Positions 11,447 through 21,141 of a DNA stretch of 64,000 nucleotides are shown here, piece by piece. Source of the DNA: Candidatus Shapirobacteria bacterium (GTDB taxonomy: Bacteria; Patescibacteriota; Microgenomatia; UBA12405). The stretch is from NCBI GenBank assembly GCA_030698565.1, contig JAUYJS010000008.1, forward strand, positions 15,098-79,097, written 5' to 3'. The notes under the pieces are model-generated. The model was not told where the DNA came from and searched no databases. It saw only the letters and a list, made by a program, of their open reading frames with translations. The stretch's first letter is position 1; each line of letters opens with the position of its first letter. Both the position numbers and the translations under genes were made by a program.

Positions 11447-11836
11447 ATGATCAAAAAAATAGCTAACCGCCTAAAAATGTTCTCTTTAATTCCTTCTGTT
11501 TACGCTGCAGGCGAGACAATTCAAATAGCTCCAACAGATACGGTTTGGGATAAGATTGTCAAAAACCTGACCGTCGGTAGTATAATTGGCGGCTTAATTA
11601 ATTTAGTGTTAATTGTTGCTTCGTTAATTTTCTTCTTTATCTTGGTCATTGGCGGTATCAAATGGATTGTTTCCAATGGCGATGAAAAAAGTGTCGAAAG
11701 TGCCCGATCTCAAATAACCAATGCCCTCATCGGTTTAGCTATCGTTTTTGCTGCCTGGGCAATCCTAAAGTTAATCGGTATACTTTTTGGACTTGATCTT
11801 ACTTCTGGATTCACCGTCCCTACATTTACAAAATAA
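11447..11836 (+). CDS. VirB2/TrbC-like pilin 5
   Basis: GGIKWIVSNGDEKSVESAR..ITNALIG; followed by its own terminator. Confidence 0.82.
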   Translation: MIKKIANRLKMFSLIPSVYAAGETIQIAPTDTVWDKIVKNLTVGSIIGGLINLVLIVASLIFFFILVIGGIKWIVSNGDEKSVESARSQITNALIGLAIVFAAWAILKLIGILFGLDLTSGFTVPTFTK

Positions 11837-11860
11837 TTTCTGAAAAGTTAATTAATCAAT

Positions 11861-11886
11861 CCCCGCTGCGGCGGGGTTTTTGTTTT
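11861..11886 (+). terminator. Intrinsic terminator after pilin 5
   Basis: CCCCGCtgcgGCGGGG-TTTTTGTTTT. Confidence 0.8.
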
Positions 11887-11889
11887 AAT

Positions 11890-11987
11890 ACGTCATTGCG
11901 ATGAGGCTTTGCGACGTGGCAATCTCATTAATAATTTAGACTAACTCACTCCCAAATAAGATTGTCACGCTTCGCTCGCAATGACGT
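11890..11987. repeat. Large palindromic element (Rickettsia-palindromic-element-like MITE)
   Basis: ACGTCATTGCGA...CGTGGCAATCT-spacer-AGATTGTCACG...TCGCAATGACGT nested inverted repeats. Confidence 0.75.
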
Positions 11988-12027
11988 GCTTAGTACGGGG
12001 TTTTTGTTTATTGTATAATCAACACAT

Positions 12028-12444
12028 ATGTTCAAACTCTTTTCTTATTTTTTACCATTAATTATTTTTGTTTCACTGATCTTTCCTTCAATTAATCCAG
12101 TCTTTGCTCAAAAAGAATGGAAACAAATTAATTCCAAATGTATTAGCTCTGTTTCTGGCGCCGAAGACGTCGCCACTATCCAAGGCTTCGAATGTATTTT
12201 CTACAATATTCTTCAAGTCATAGTTTATATTGCCGGAATTGCTTTCCTTTTTATGTTTATTACTGGCGGTTATCAATATCTTTTTTCAGCCAATGACCCA
12301 AAAAAAACCGCCCAAGCCTCTTCCACTCTCACCATGGCTATTTTGGGAGTTATCGGTATAATTGCCTCTTGGTTTATCCTCCGACTAATCTCTAATTTTA
12401 CTGGTATTACCAATTTAACCAACTTCGTCATTCCTGGCCCATAA
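12028..12444 (+). CDS. VirB2/TrbC-like pilin 6, with signal peptide and a Cys pair
   Basis: VFAQ cleavage site, C...DVATIQGFEC, GGYQYLFSANDPKKTAQAS..LTMAILG. Confidence 0.8.
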   Translation: MFKLFSYFLPLIIFVSLIFPSINPVFAQKEWKQINSKCISSVSGAEDVATIQGFECIFYNILQVIVYIAGIAFLFMFITGGYQYLFSANDPKKTAQASSTLTMAILGVIGIIASWFILRLISNFTGITNLTNFVIPGP

Positions 12445-12491
12445 CCTGCCACTAATTTACCTAGTCGTTATATAATCTGTATAATTTCACT

Positions 12492-13334
12492 ATGCGTTAT
12501 TATCGGATTATTCTTTCTATATCAATTTTTGTCTTGTTTGTATTTTTATTTTCTGTTCCAATCAAAACCCTAGCCATTGAAATTACTACCGATCTTCCAA
12601 CTCCTGAAGTCCAAACAACCCCAGTTTCCACAGGCTCTACCACTGTGCCCACAACCCCAGCTCCGACAAAAATAAGTGAATTTATGAGTATCTGGGGGTC
12701 ATTCATCAACTTTTTTAAGTCATTTACTAAGTCCTATGCCGTTCAACCAAACAATCCTCCATCTTTAACTAATTTTGGTGACATCAACAATTCCGAAAAC
12801 ACCTATGATTCTGTCACTCGATCTACTGATTATAGTGATCAACTTAGTCAAAAAAACCAATACATCAGTGATGTAATTAATGGCATATACGAAGACAAAA
12901 ATATGTCTTCGTGTCCCAGTGATTCCGATATTACTATCAAAAAAGTAGCTTTTTATTTAATTAAAGTCAAAAACACTTCTCTAAATGTCGAATCTCAAAA
13001 AGAAACAGATTTTTTAAATAGTCCCGAATTTATTAACTTTAGTATCGATCCTTCTTTATATTCTTGTTACGACCAAATTTACGATCAATTTCCTTCCATT
13101 CCTCAAGGTGGTGAAAATAACGCCGAAAACGCCGCTGGTAGTCAGCAATTAAATAATTCTTTGCGTAGAATTATGCCCGACCGAGAAGTTGGTACTGCAG
13201 TTGGAAACAATAATGATAAAAACAAATATACCAACCAAAATAATGAACTACAGAAAGATGCTGGTAAATTTATGTCTCCCGAAAATTTTACTGTAAAAGA
13301 TTTTACGAATTTACGTCCTGCCGGTTGGCAATAA
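12492..13334 (+). CDS. Secreted hypothetical protein in the pilin cluster
   Basis: N-terminal signal peptide, Thr/Pro-rich linker, long ORF co-oriented with the pilins. Confidence 0.7.
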   Translation: MRYYRIILSISIFVLFVFLFSVPIKTLAIEITTDLPTPEVQTTPVSTGSTTVPTTPAPTKISEFMSIWGSFINFFKSFTKSYAVQPNNPPSLTNFGDINNSENTYDSVTRSTDYSDQLSQKNQYISDVINGIYEDKNMSSCPSDSDITIKKVAFYLIKVKNTSLNVESQKETDFLNSPEFINFSIDPSLYSCYDQIYDQFPSIPQGGENNAENAAGSQQLNNSLRRIMPDREVGTAVGNNNDKNKYTNQNNELQKDAGKFMSPENFTVKDFTNLRPAGWQ

Positions 13335-13394
13335 TGCAATTTAAACCAATAGATTGTTTTTTTAATTACTGCTAAAATTGTAAAAGTTATACAT

Positions 13395-14966
13395 ATGTTT
13401 ATCAAGCAATTTCTCCACCATCTCAACCACCGCGACACCAAGATTTTAACCAAACCAAAAATTCCTCGACTTTCAAAATTCTGTTTAGTTTTTTTAGTTT
13501 TAATTTCCAGTATATATTTAGTCAAAGTAATTAAAGCCCAAAATATAATCGAGCAAGTTCAAAAAGCTCAAACCAAAGGCAACAACGCCGAATCTTGGCA
13601 TTTGAATGCACTTGAAACTACTGCCACCACATTAGCTACATCTTTATCTGGTAAGTTAGAATTCAATCCAGACGGATCTTTTAAATCTAGTTATTTACCT
13701 GGCGGAGCTATCGGAATGACCACAAATTTTATTGCCACTCTTTACAACCCTCCTGCTTCCGGCATTGAATATATTGCCCAAGTAAAAAATCAATTTCTGG
13801 GCGGCAATCCAGTCTACGCCCAAGGAGCCGGTTTCGCTGGTTTACAACCGATTCTTCCACTTTGGCGAGGATTTAGAAATGTTGTTTACGTTCTTTCAGC
13901 TTTAGTATTTGTCATTATCGGCTTAATGATTATGTTTCGAGTTAAAGTCAGTCCTCAAGCAGTTATCAATATTCAAAATGCCATTCCTCAAATAATCATT
14001 ACTCTAATATTAGTTACTTTTTCTTACGCTATCGCTGGTTTATTAATAGATATATCCACATTTTTTCAAACCATGGTTATGGCCCTTCTTTTTCAAAGTT
14101 ATGGTCAAAACGGTTTACTTTATCACACAGGTGCAATAAATTATAATTTTTCTCAACTTGCAAATCCTGGCTTCTGGAACGTTTTCAGTTTAATGAATAA
14201 AGCAGCACCAGCCGGGTTTCTTCTTTTGATGTCCGAGGTAATTAGCTTATTGATGGGACTAATTATCGGTATTACTCCAGCGGCTATCGGTGGTCCAGCT
14301 GTCGGTTTAGTTACTGTCGGTATCGGATTAAAATTTGGCTTTTTAGGAGGAATAATTTTATTCTTAATTATTGGAATCATAATTTTTATTTGGATACTCA
14401 AGTTTTTCTTCGGACTTATTAAAGTTTATGTTAGTCTTATTATTCGAATAATTTTAGCTCCTCTAGAAATTGGCATGGGAGCTTTTCCCAATTCAAAAAT
14501 TGGATTTTCTAGCTGGTTAATTAGTGTCTTGGCCGATCTTTCTGTCTTTCCTATCTCGATACTTTTTTTAGTATTTGCTAATATTCTTATTGAAACTTCG
14601 TCTCAAGGTTTATGGCGCCCCAGCCTTCTTGCTTTCACCGCACCTTTTGACTTAATTGGTATAGCTATAGGTTTAGCTACCCTCATGATGTTATCTCAAT
14701 TACCTGAATTAATTCCTCAGTTTGTTTTCCAGCTTAAACCATCACCTCTTGGTAATGCCGTTGGCGAAAGCTGGAAAAATATGCCATTTAGAGGATTAGC
14801 CTCCACTATTGGTGGTGAAGTCGGATACGCAACTGGCGGAGCCATAACTGAAGCAATTGGTAACAGATTAGAAAGAAGAGCCGGAGAAACAATTGACCGA
14901 CCAGCTAAAAAAAGACCACCTCTGGCCAATGAAAAAAGAAGACCTAGACGGCTTTTTGGATGGTAG
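13395..14966 (+). CDS. Polytopic membrane protein, VirB6/TrbL-like
   Basis: WRGFRNVVY, IITLILVTFSYAIAGLLID and IILAPL motifs typical of CPR VirB6-like proteins; pilin context. Confidence 0.7.
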   Translation: MFIKQFLHHLNHRDTKILTKPKIPRLSKFCLVFLVLISSIYLVKVIKAQNIIEQVQKAQTKGNNAESWHLNALETTATTLATSLSGKLEFNPDGSFKSSYLPGGAIGMTTNFIATLYNPPASGIEYIAQVKNQFLGGNPVYAQGAGFAGLQPILPLWRGFRNVVYVLSALVFVIIGLMIMFRVKVSPQAVINIQNAIPQIIITLILVTFSYAIAGLLIDISTFFQTMVMALLFQSYGQNGLLYHTGAINYNFSQLANPGFWNVFSLMNKAAPAGFLLLMSEVISLLMGLIIGITPAAIGGPAVGLVTVGIGLKFGFLGGIILFLIIGIIIFIWILKFFFGLIKVYVSLIIRIILAPLEIGMGAFPNSKIGFSSWLISVLADLSVFPISILFLVFANILIETSSQGLWRPSLLAFTAPFDLIGIAIGLATLMMLSQLPELIPQFVFQLKPSPLGNAVGESWKNMPFRGLASTIGGEVGYATGGAITEAIGNRLERRAGETIDRPAKKRPPLANEKRRPRRLFGW

Positions 14967-15000
14967 CACCCAAGTGATAATCTAATCTTTAATATAGAAA

Positions 15001-17253
15001 TTATCTTCGTCTACTAAACATTCTTTTAACAAAAGATCCTGAATCTTTGTAAACAAAATACTCTCCCAAATTCAAGCTCTCCACTATCCAATTCCACTGT
15101 TCTTCAGTCATAAAATGATCAGCGCTCGGTCCTAAAATCTTTTTTAAATGCCTATATTCCGGCTCATCATATTCATCCAAATTTATCTTATATTTAGTTG
15201 CTAAATATCGTACATTTTTAAAATCATCTTTAATCCACTCAGTCCTCATATCATTATTACTGGATTGTAAGACTCCTGCTAACCAATCAACAAAAAACGA
15301 CTGATTTTCCAGCTCATTACCTTCAACTGTGCATTTCATAAAAGCATCATACGTTCCTTCAAATAAAGGCACTCTCATATCGCCCGGTTTAACGGCATCT
15401 TTAGATTGTAATCCCACCTTAGCCTTCTTTACCTTTTGATTAACAATAGCTGTAAAATACGCCCAGAAATCTTTCTTCCCTTCTAGATTAGATAAACCTT
15501 TTAATATATCCTCGGTTTTAATCATTTTATCCGGATCTTTTTCTTTACAAAAATATCTAATCCAACCAGGAGTCAAAGACTTAATCAAATGTCGGGTTAC
15601 CTTCGGTCCAGACCCTGGTTTACCTTTACGTGACTCATCCTCTCGGAATTTACCAAAATGAATCATTTCCGAAAAATCATCTCCATCAATAAATTGGGCA
15701 TTAAAAACCGATTTTTCCGAGGAAGCAACTATAAATTTTTCGGCGATTTGCATTGCTTTTCTCGCCTTTGTATCACTACCTAACTGAGCTATCATGTATT
15801 CCCTAACCTGAGTCTGAGAAGAACTTCTCGCCCCTAATTCTTCATGTTCATCATATGTAAAACCCCAATATTTTTTCCCATAAAAAGGATCTTCAGTTGC
15901 TGGTTTGGCTCTTTTTTGTTCAATGATTTTCGGATCAACTCCGGCCTTAGCCATCATCTCCAGATAATTAAAATTAGCTTCTTCTACTAAATCCCACGAT
16001 CTTCCCAAATCAACACCCTGACCATTAAATAGACGATCCCCATCTACTTTCCAATCCTTAAACAAAAAGTACATCATATCTCTAGTAATAAATCTTTTTC
16101 TTCTACCAATATCACCAATGGCCTGCACTACTCCGCCACCTTTTTCTCCATAACCGCCACTAGCCATATCCATAAAATATTCAGTGTCATGGACCGCCAA
16201 TCTGGTTCTGATCATTCTATCAATAAACTTATACTGTTCCTTTTCTTTTTCAGTTTTACCCCTACCCTTAATCTCGTCTAATATGGCATTCAAATAGTTA
16301 GTTGATTCTCCGGAAATTTGTAAGTCGTTACTTTCGTATCCCGACCCTTCAATGAAATCCAAAACATCATCAGTAAACCTAAATAATATTTCTGGATTGT
16401 CATAGGGTATCTCTTTAGACCTACTCCCAATAATATCCCGAAAAAGTTTAAGTTTATCTGGTAACGCCTTTTCATTTTCAGCAACCCTTTTATCCCTTTT
16501 TGCCTTTGCTTGTCGCTGTCCTTCGGTCATTTCAATTTCTGGAGTTTCTTCATTATCATTTACATCCTCTTTATCAGGTTTAATTCTAGTAGGCACACTA
16601 GTAACTGGCTTCTTTTCTTCCGATCTTTCTCTTTCTTGAGCCAAATAAGCCATTAATGTCTTCCATTCTAATTCATAAGGTGTTTCTCTCAACCTTCGAT
16701 TTAATTGAGATGTTTCTTGTAAAAGCTGAACCGTCCTTTCGTTATAAGATTTTCTACCACTAGACATATTTAAATCAAAAATTTCTCTTAAATCTCTCAT
16801 CTCTTGAGCAATTGGAACTAATTGCTCACAAGAAATCATTCTTTTTTGAACACGTCCTTCTAATCCCTTTAATGCATCGGGTAGATGTCGATCAAGCCCA
16901 CCCAAAACAGAATCATCTTGGACATCAGCAATTCCTGATTCTATAACCGCTAAAGCCGCAGCATCTGCCAATTTATTCAAATCAGCTTCATCAATTTTTT
17001 CCCTACCCTCTGCTCTATTAGCGTTTTTTAATGAATTGTTGTAGCCCTCTACAGTATTCTCTCCATGACCCAGTCCTCCTATTATCCTTTGTACATTTGT
17101 TTCTCGATCTGGTACATTTGAGTCAAAAATATTAGCGGCTAAAAACTGATCTTTTATTTGCTGAACTTGCCTTTCTTTCATTAACATCACTTCCACATCG
17201 TGTACATCTTTATGTACAATTACAGCTTCATAAGACGAACTTTTCTCACTCAT
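15001..17253 (-). CDS. Large charged hypothetical protein (~750 aa)
   Basis: Long ORF; start moved to MSEKSSS because TGnTATAAT lies 7 nt upstream; no motif recognised. Confidence 0.75.
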   Translation of the reverse strand: MSEKSSSYEAVIVHKDVHDVEVMLMKERQVQQIKDQFLAANIFDSNVPDRETNVQRIIGGLGHGENTVEGYNNSLKNANRAEGREKIDEADLNKLADAAALAVIESGIADVQDDSVLGGLDRHLPDALKGLEGRVQKRMISCEQLVPIAQEMRDLREIFDLNMSSGRKSYNERTVQLLQETSQLNRRLRETPYELEWKTLMAYLAQERERSEEKKPVTSVPTRIKPDKEDVNDNEETPEIEMTEGQRQAKAKRDKRVAENEKALPDKLKLFRDIIGSRSKEIPYDNPEILFRFTDDVLDFIEGSGYESNDLQISGESTNYLNAILDEIKGRGKTEKEKEQYKFIDRMIRTRLAVHDTEYFMDMASGGYGEKGGGVVQAIGDIGRRKRFITRDMMYFLFKDWKVDGDRLFNGQGVDLGRSWDLVEEANFNYLEMMAKAGVDPKIIEQKRAKPATEDPFYGKKYWGFTYDEHEELGARSSSQTQVREYMIAQLGSDTKARKAMQIAEKFIVASSEKSVFNAQFIDGDDFSEMIHFGKFREDESRKGKPGSGPKVTRHLIKSLTPGWIRYFCKEKDPDKMIKTEDILKGLSNLEGKKDFWAYFTAIVNQKVKKAKVGLQSKDAVKPGDMRVPLFEGTYDAFMKCTVEGNELENQSFFVDWLAGVLQSSNNDMRTEWIKDDFKNVRYLATKYKINLDEYDEPEYRHLKKILGPSADHFMTEEQWNWIVESLNLGEYFVYKDSGSFVKRMFSRRR

Positions 17254-17319
17254 ATCCCAAATTATATCATTTCTAATCAAAACTCAACCATTCCCAATAT
17301 TTTCCTTATAATTAAAAAC

Positions 17320-19005
17320 ATGGAGACAAAAATTCTCACTCCCGCTACCGTAAACGACATTGATTTTCATGTTCGTACCTATCGTACCGCTCTCAAAAGT
17401 AATTTAGAAGTGACTATTAACTCGCTGGTCAATTCTCATCTCAAAATGGAATCGATTCTTCATCCTCTAGGTAGCAATTCCAAAAAAGTAGATCTATCAG
17501 CCTTAATTTATTCACTTTTACGCTTACCCCACCAAACCGATCAAGCTCTCAAAATTATCGTCGGCCAAAATTTAGATATTTTTACTCAATCTGGCTATAC
17601 CAATGTTGACCAGTGGCCCGAAACCAAGGCCTTTTCCCGTCGCCGTAGCTGTTTTTATCAATCGTCTAAACACATCTTAGCTTGCTTTACCGCATCTATT
17701 TCTGACATTGATGATTTAGTAAATCTCTTAATCGCTTTTCAAACCGAATGGAACAAGTTTCATTTAATTCTCAAAAGTAAATATAAAAATCCCCTTGATT
17801 TTCAAAACTCTTTAAAAACCAATAAATTAAGTCAAGAATTAGATATATCAGAAAACGATTGGAACCGACTTATAACCGCTTTTGGACCTCAGTATAAGCT
17901 CCGCCTTAAAAGAGTTTTTCAGCAGTCACTAAATTTAAGGATTCAACTTTTAGCTGCTTCCTGGGTCAACTACACTAAAACTACCCAAAAATGGTGGAAA
18001 CATATTGCTATCCACGTTTCCGATCATTTTCACATTTCCCGCCAGCAAATATATTTCGTCTCCAGCAACACTCACAGTCTAATGAATTTATTTACCGGTT
18101 TCGCCCTCAAAAACCAAAATAAAATCTTATCTTTAATAAAAACCGACCGCCCTGATTTATATGCTGTCTGGGAACAAATCCAAAGTAAAGAAAGTTTATT
18201 GCAATCTAATGATTTCCTTTATTTTGTGTTTAAATTTTATTCTGATAATTTATTAAAAACTGAATTCTTAGAATATCAGCAAAAACTAGGCATCATCAGT
18301 ATTCCAAATTCTCATTTTTTAGATGTCGATGTCCAAATTTTCCCCGTCAAAAACTTAATTCATTCAGCCGATTCCCGACTCAAAATTTCTAAACCCAAAA
18401 CCTTAGTTAAATCAGAAGCTTTAATCTTTAATGTTGATTACCCATTAGGTTTCTCCGCCTATCATGTTTTAACCGAAATTCTAGAGAATGTCCAAAAAGT
18501 AAAAGGTGTTTACATCTTGAGCAAGGCCGCCGTCTTAAATAGTCAAATCGGTGATATCCAAGCACCTCGATTAGTTTTTGATGAACATACCCAAAATTCT
18601 TATATTTTTAAAAACTGTTTTAACTCTTTTTTTCCTTTTGTTAACAACCAAGGATCCATTTTAACCAATCAAAAAGCTGTTTCGGTTTTAGGTACATTTT
18701 TAGAAAACGAAGCCCTACTTAAAAATTATTTCGAAAACAATATTACGATTATTGAAATGGAATCCGGTCCTTATCTAAATGCTATTACCGAGGCTAGCTA
18801 TGACCAACAAACTCCAAAGAACACCATTATTGATTTAAACAACACCCCTTTCGATCTGGGTATTATTAACTACACTTCCGACACACCCTATTCCCAAGCT
18901 CAAAATCTAGGATCAGGTAGTTTGTCTTTAAATGGCATCGAACCGGTAAATCTTGGCTCCCTTGCTATTTTGCAACGAATAATTAATCTCGAAGAATCCA
19001 TTTAA
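17320..19005 (+). CDS. Conserved hypothetical protein (DUF6909-like) with a nucleoside-phosphorylase-like C-terminus
   Basis: FVSSNTHS, NVDYPLG, VYILSKAAVL, IIEMESGPY and YTSDTPY motifs; start reassigned to METKIL. Confidence 0.65.
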   Translation: METKILTPATVNDIDFHVRTYRTALKSNLEVTINSLVNSHLKMESILHPLGSNSKKVDLSALIYSLLRLPHQTDQALKIIVGQNLDIFTQSGYTNVDQWPETKAFSRRRSCFYQSSKHILACFTASISDIDDLVNLLIAFQTEWNKFHLILKSKYKNPLDFQNSLKTNKLSQELDISENDWNRLITAFGPQYKLRLKRVFQQSLNLRIQLLAASWVNYTKTTQKWWKHIAIHVSDHFHISRQQIYFVSSNTHSLMNLFTGFALKNQNKILSLIKTDRPDLYAVWEQIQSKESLLQSNDFLYFVFKFYSDNLLKTEFLEYQQKLGIISIPNSHFLDVDVQIFPVKNLIHSADSRLKISKPKTLVKSEALIFNVDYPLGFSAYHVLTEILENVQKVKGVYILSKAAVLNSQIGDIQAPRLVFDEHTQNSYIFKNCFNSFFPFVNNQGSILTNQKAVSVLGTFLENEALLKNYFENNITIIEMESGPYLNAITEASYDQQTPKNTIIDLNNTPFDLGIINYTSDTPYSQAQNLGSGSLSLNGIEPVNLGSLAILQRIINLEESI

Positions 19006-19014
19006 TACCAAAAC

Positions 19015-19038
19015 GTAGGGGCGAATCACGATTCGCCC
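19015..19038 (+). repeat. GTAG-type REP element between convergent genes
   Basis: GTAGGGGCGAATcacgATTCGCCC. Confidence 0.75.
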
Positions 19039-19047
19039 AATTTTAAA

Positions 19048-20976
19048 TTAAACAGATGGGTTTTCCACCATCAATGCCTCAAATTCCATCTGGCCCAAAC
19101 TTTCTTTTTCAACTAAAACCTTGGCAATTCTGTCTAAATTTTCTCTATTATCCAGCAATACTTTCTGAGCCCTCTCAAAAGCCTTGTTAATAAATTTTTT
19201 AATTTCAGTATCAACTTTAGACATCATTCGGTCAGAAATTTTTGCTGGTTCCATATAAGTCTTACCCCAATTCCCCACATCAATTTGCGGTCCCAAATTT
19301 ACCGGGCCTAAAGCACTCATACCCCATTCAACTACCATATCTCGGGCAATCCGCGTCGCATGGGAAATATCAGACGAAGCTCCAGTAGTAATATCACCAA
19401 AAACTAATTCTTCAGCCGCCCGACCACCCATCGCCATAGCCATTAACTTAATTAATCGTGATTTAGTTTCATGCACTCTATCCTTTTTGGGTGGAATCAA
19501 AGTAAACCCAAGTGCCATACCTCGAGATACAATTGAAATTCTTTGGACTGGATCTAATTCTTCCACGTAATTGACAATAGCATGACCAGCTTCATGATAA
19601 GCCGTCATTAGTCTGTCTTCATCGGTTTGAGACCGTCTTTTTTCCGCACCCATTTTTACTCTCAAAGCTGCCTCTTCTACATCAGCGAAATTTATTTTAT
19701 CTTTATTGTTTCTAGCTGCCGCAATAGCTGATTCATTTAGCATATTTTCCAGATCAGCACCCGAAAAACCAACGGTTCTTCTAGCCACCGCATCCCAGTC
19801 CACATCTTTATCAAAAGGCTTACCTCGAGCATGAATTGCTAAAATTTCTTTTCTAGATTCAATATCCGGTAACTCCAAAACTACCCTTCTGTCAAACCGA
19901 CCCGGACGAAGTAAAGCCGGATCCAACAAATCGCCTCTGTTAGTCGCCGCTAATACTACAACCGCAGTATTAGCTTCAAATCCGTCCATTTCTACCAATA
20001 TTTGATTTAATGTTTGTTCTCTTTCTGAGTGTCCTCCCTCCAAACCACCCCTCATCCTACCGATAGCGTCAATTTCGTCAATAAAAATAATCGCCTTACC
20101 AGCCTTTTTAGCCGTAGAAAACAAATCTCTTACTCTAGACGCTCCAATACCGACCAACATTTCCATGAATTCTGATCCGGCCATAGCATAAAAAGGCACA
20201 TTAGCCTCGCCGGCCACCGCTTTAGCCAAAAGGGTTTTACCCACCCCACTCGGACCGACCAACAATACACCCTTCGGTGCTCTTGCTCCCATTTTTCGGT
20301 ATTTCTCTGGATGTTTCAAAAAATCAACCACTTCCACTAAATCATTTTTAGCCTCTTCAACTCCAGCTACATCCTTAAATGACATATTCTGTTTTCCCTT
20401 AATAAACAATTTAGCCGTCGATTTCCCAAACCCAAAAATACTTCCAGCACCACCAGTTTGACGACCAAAAATCCAAAATATAAACAAAATAGGCAACCCT
20501 ACAGTCAAAAGTAAACTCAAAACTTCACCAAAAGTTTTCCAACCTTGCCTATTTTCTACCTGGAAACTAACTTTCGACATATCAATTCCTTCCCTTTGCA
20601 AAATTTCCGCCATTGAAGTTGTTGGTTCCTTTGAAGAGACCAGAACTTTATCGTCTTTCAAAGTCACCACCACCTCATTATCCGACACAGTAATACTCTT
20701 TTGCTCATCTTTTTTTATAGACTCAATTACATTAGACAAAGATACTCGACTTATTTCCTGTGGTAAAAATAACTGTCTCAAGGTTGAAATAACCCAAAAA
20801 ACCAAAACAGTATATAAAATAAATTTAATTATTGATTGCGGCGTAATCTCGATTCTTTTGATTTTTACGCCAGGTGGTAATTTATCTCTAATCTCCTTTG
20901 GTATATCCAAATTATTTTTTTTAGCCGACGGCCACAACTTTTTTAGCTTGTCTAAAAATATATTACTCAATTTCAT
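19048..20976 (-). CDS. ftsH: ATP-dependent zinc metalloprotease FtsH
   Basis: Two TMs, Walker A GPSGVGKT, IFIDEIDA, SRH ALLRPGRFDR, HEAGH; ATG at 20976 preferred over TTG at 21009. Confidence 0.97.
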   Translation of the reverse strand: MKLSNIFLDKLKKLWPSAKKNNLDIPKEIRDKLPPGVKIKRIEITPQSIIKFILYTVLVFWVISTLRQLFLPQEISRVSLSNVIESIKKDEQKSITVSDNEVVVTLKDDKVLVSSKEPTTSMAEILQREGIDMSKVSFQVENRQGWKTFGEVLSLLLTVGLPILFIFWIFGRQTGGAGSIFGFGKSTAKLFIKGKQNMSFKDVAGVEEAKNDLVEVVDFLKHPEKYRKMGARAPKGVLLVGPSGVGKTLLAKAVAGEANVPFYAMAGSEFMEMLVGIGASRVRDLFSTAKKAGKAIIFIDEIDAIGRMRGGLEGGHSEREQTLNQILVEMDGFEANTAVVVLAATNRGDLLDPALLRPGRFDRRVVLELPDIESRKEILAIHARGKPFDKDVDWDAVARRTVGFSGADLENMLNESAIAAARNNKDKINFADVEEAALRVKMGAEKRRSQTDEDRLMTAYHEAGHAIVNYVEELDPVQRISIVSRGMALGFTLIPPKKDRVHETKSRLIKLMAMAMGGRAAEELVFGDITTGASSDISHATRIARDMVVEWGMSALGPVNLGPQIDVGNWGKTYMEPAKISDRMMSKVDTEIKKFINKAFERAQKVLLDNRENLDRIAKVLVEKESLGQMEFEALMVENPSV

Positions 20977-21141
20977 CTTACGATTATACCATCCCAGCTT
21001 TGTATTCAAGTTTACTTATAACCTCTTTTCCCCGCACATAAACCGTTTTTATTCCGCAACGGTAAAATACAATATACAAAAATATTTTAACGTTGCAGGA
21101 ACGTTTAAATTACATCGTAATTTATTACGTTCCGCATGCTT

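Noticed and set aside
17200-17319. GTG-start extension of the 601 aa ORF
   Set aside because: Overlaps the divergent gene; ATG at 17320 has a -10 box at the typical distance
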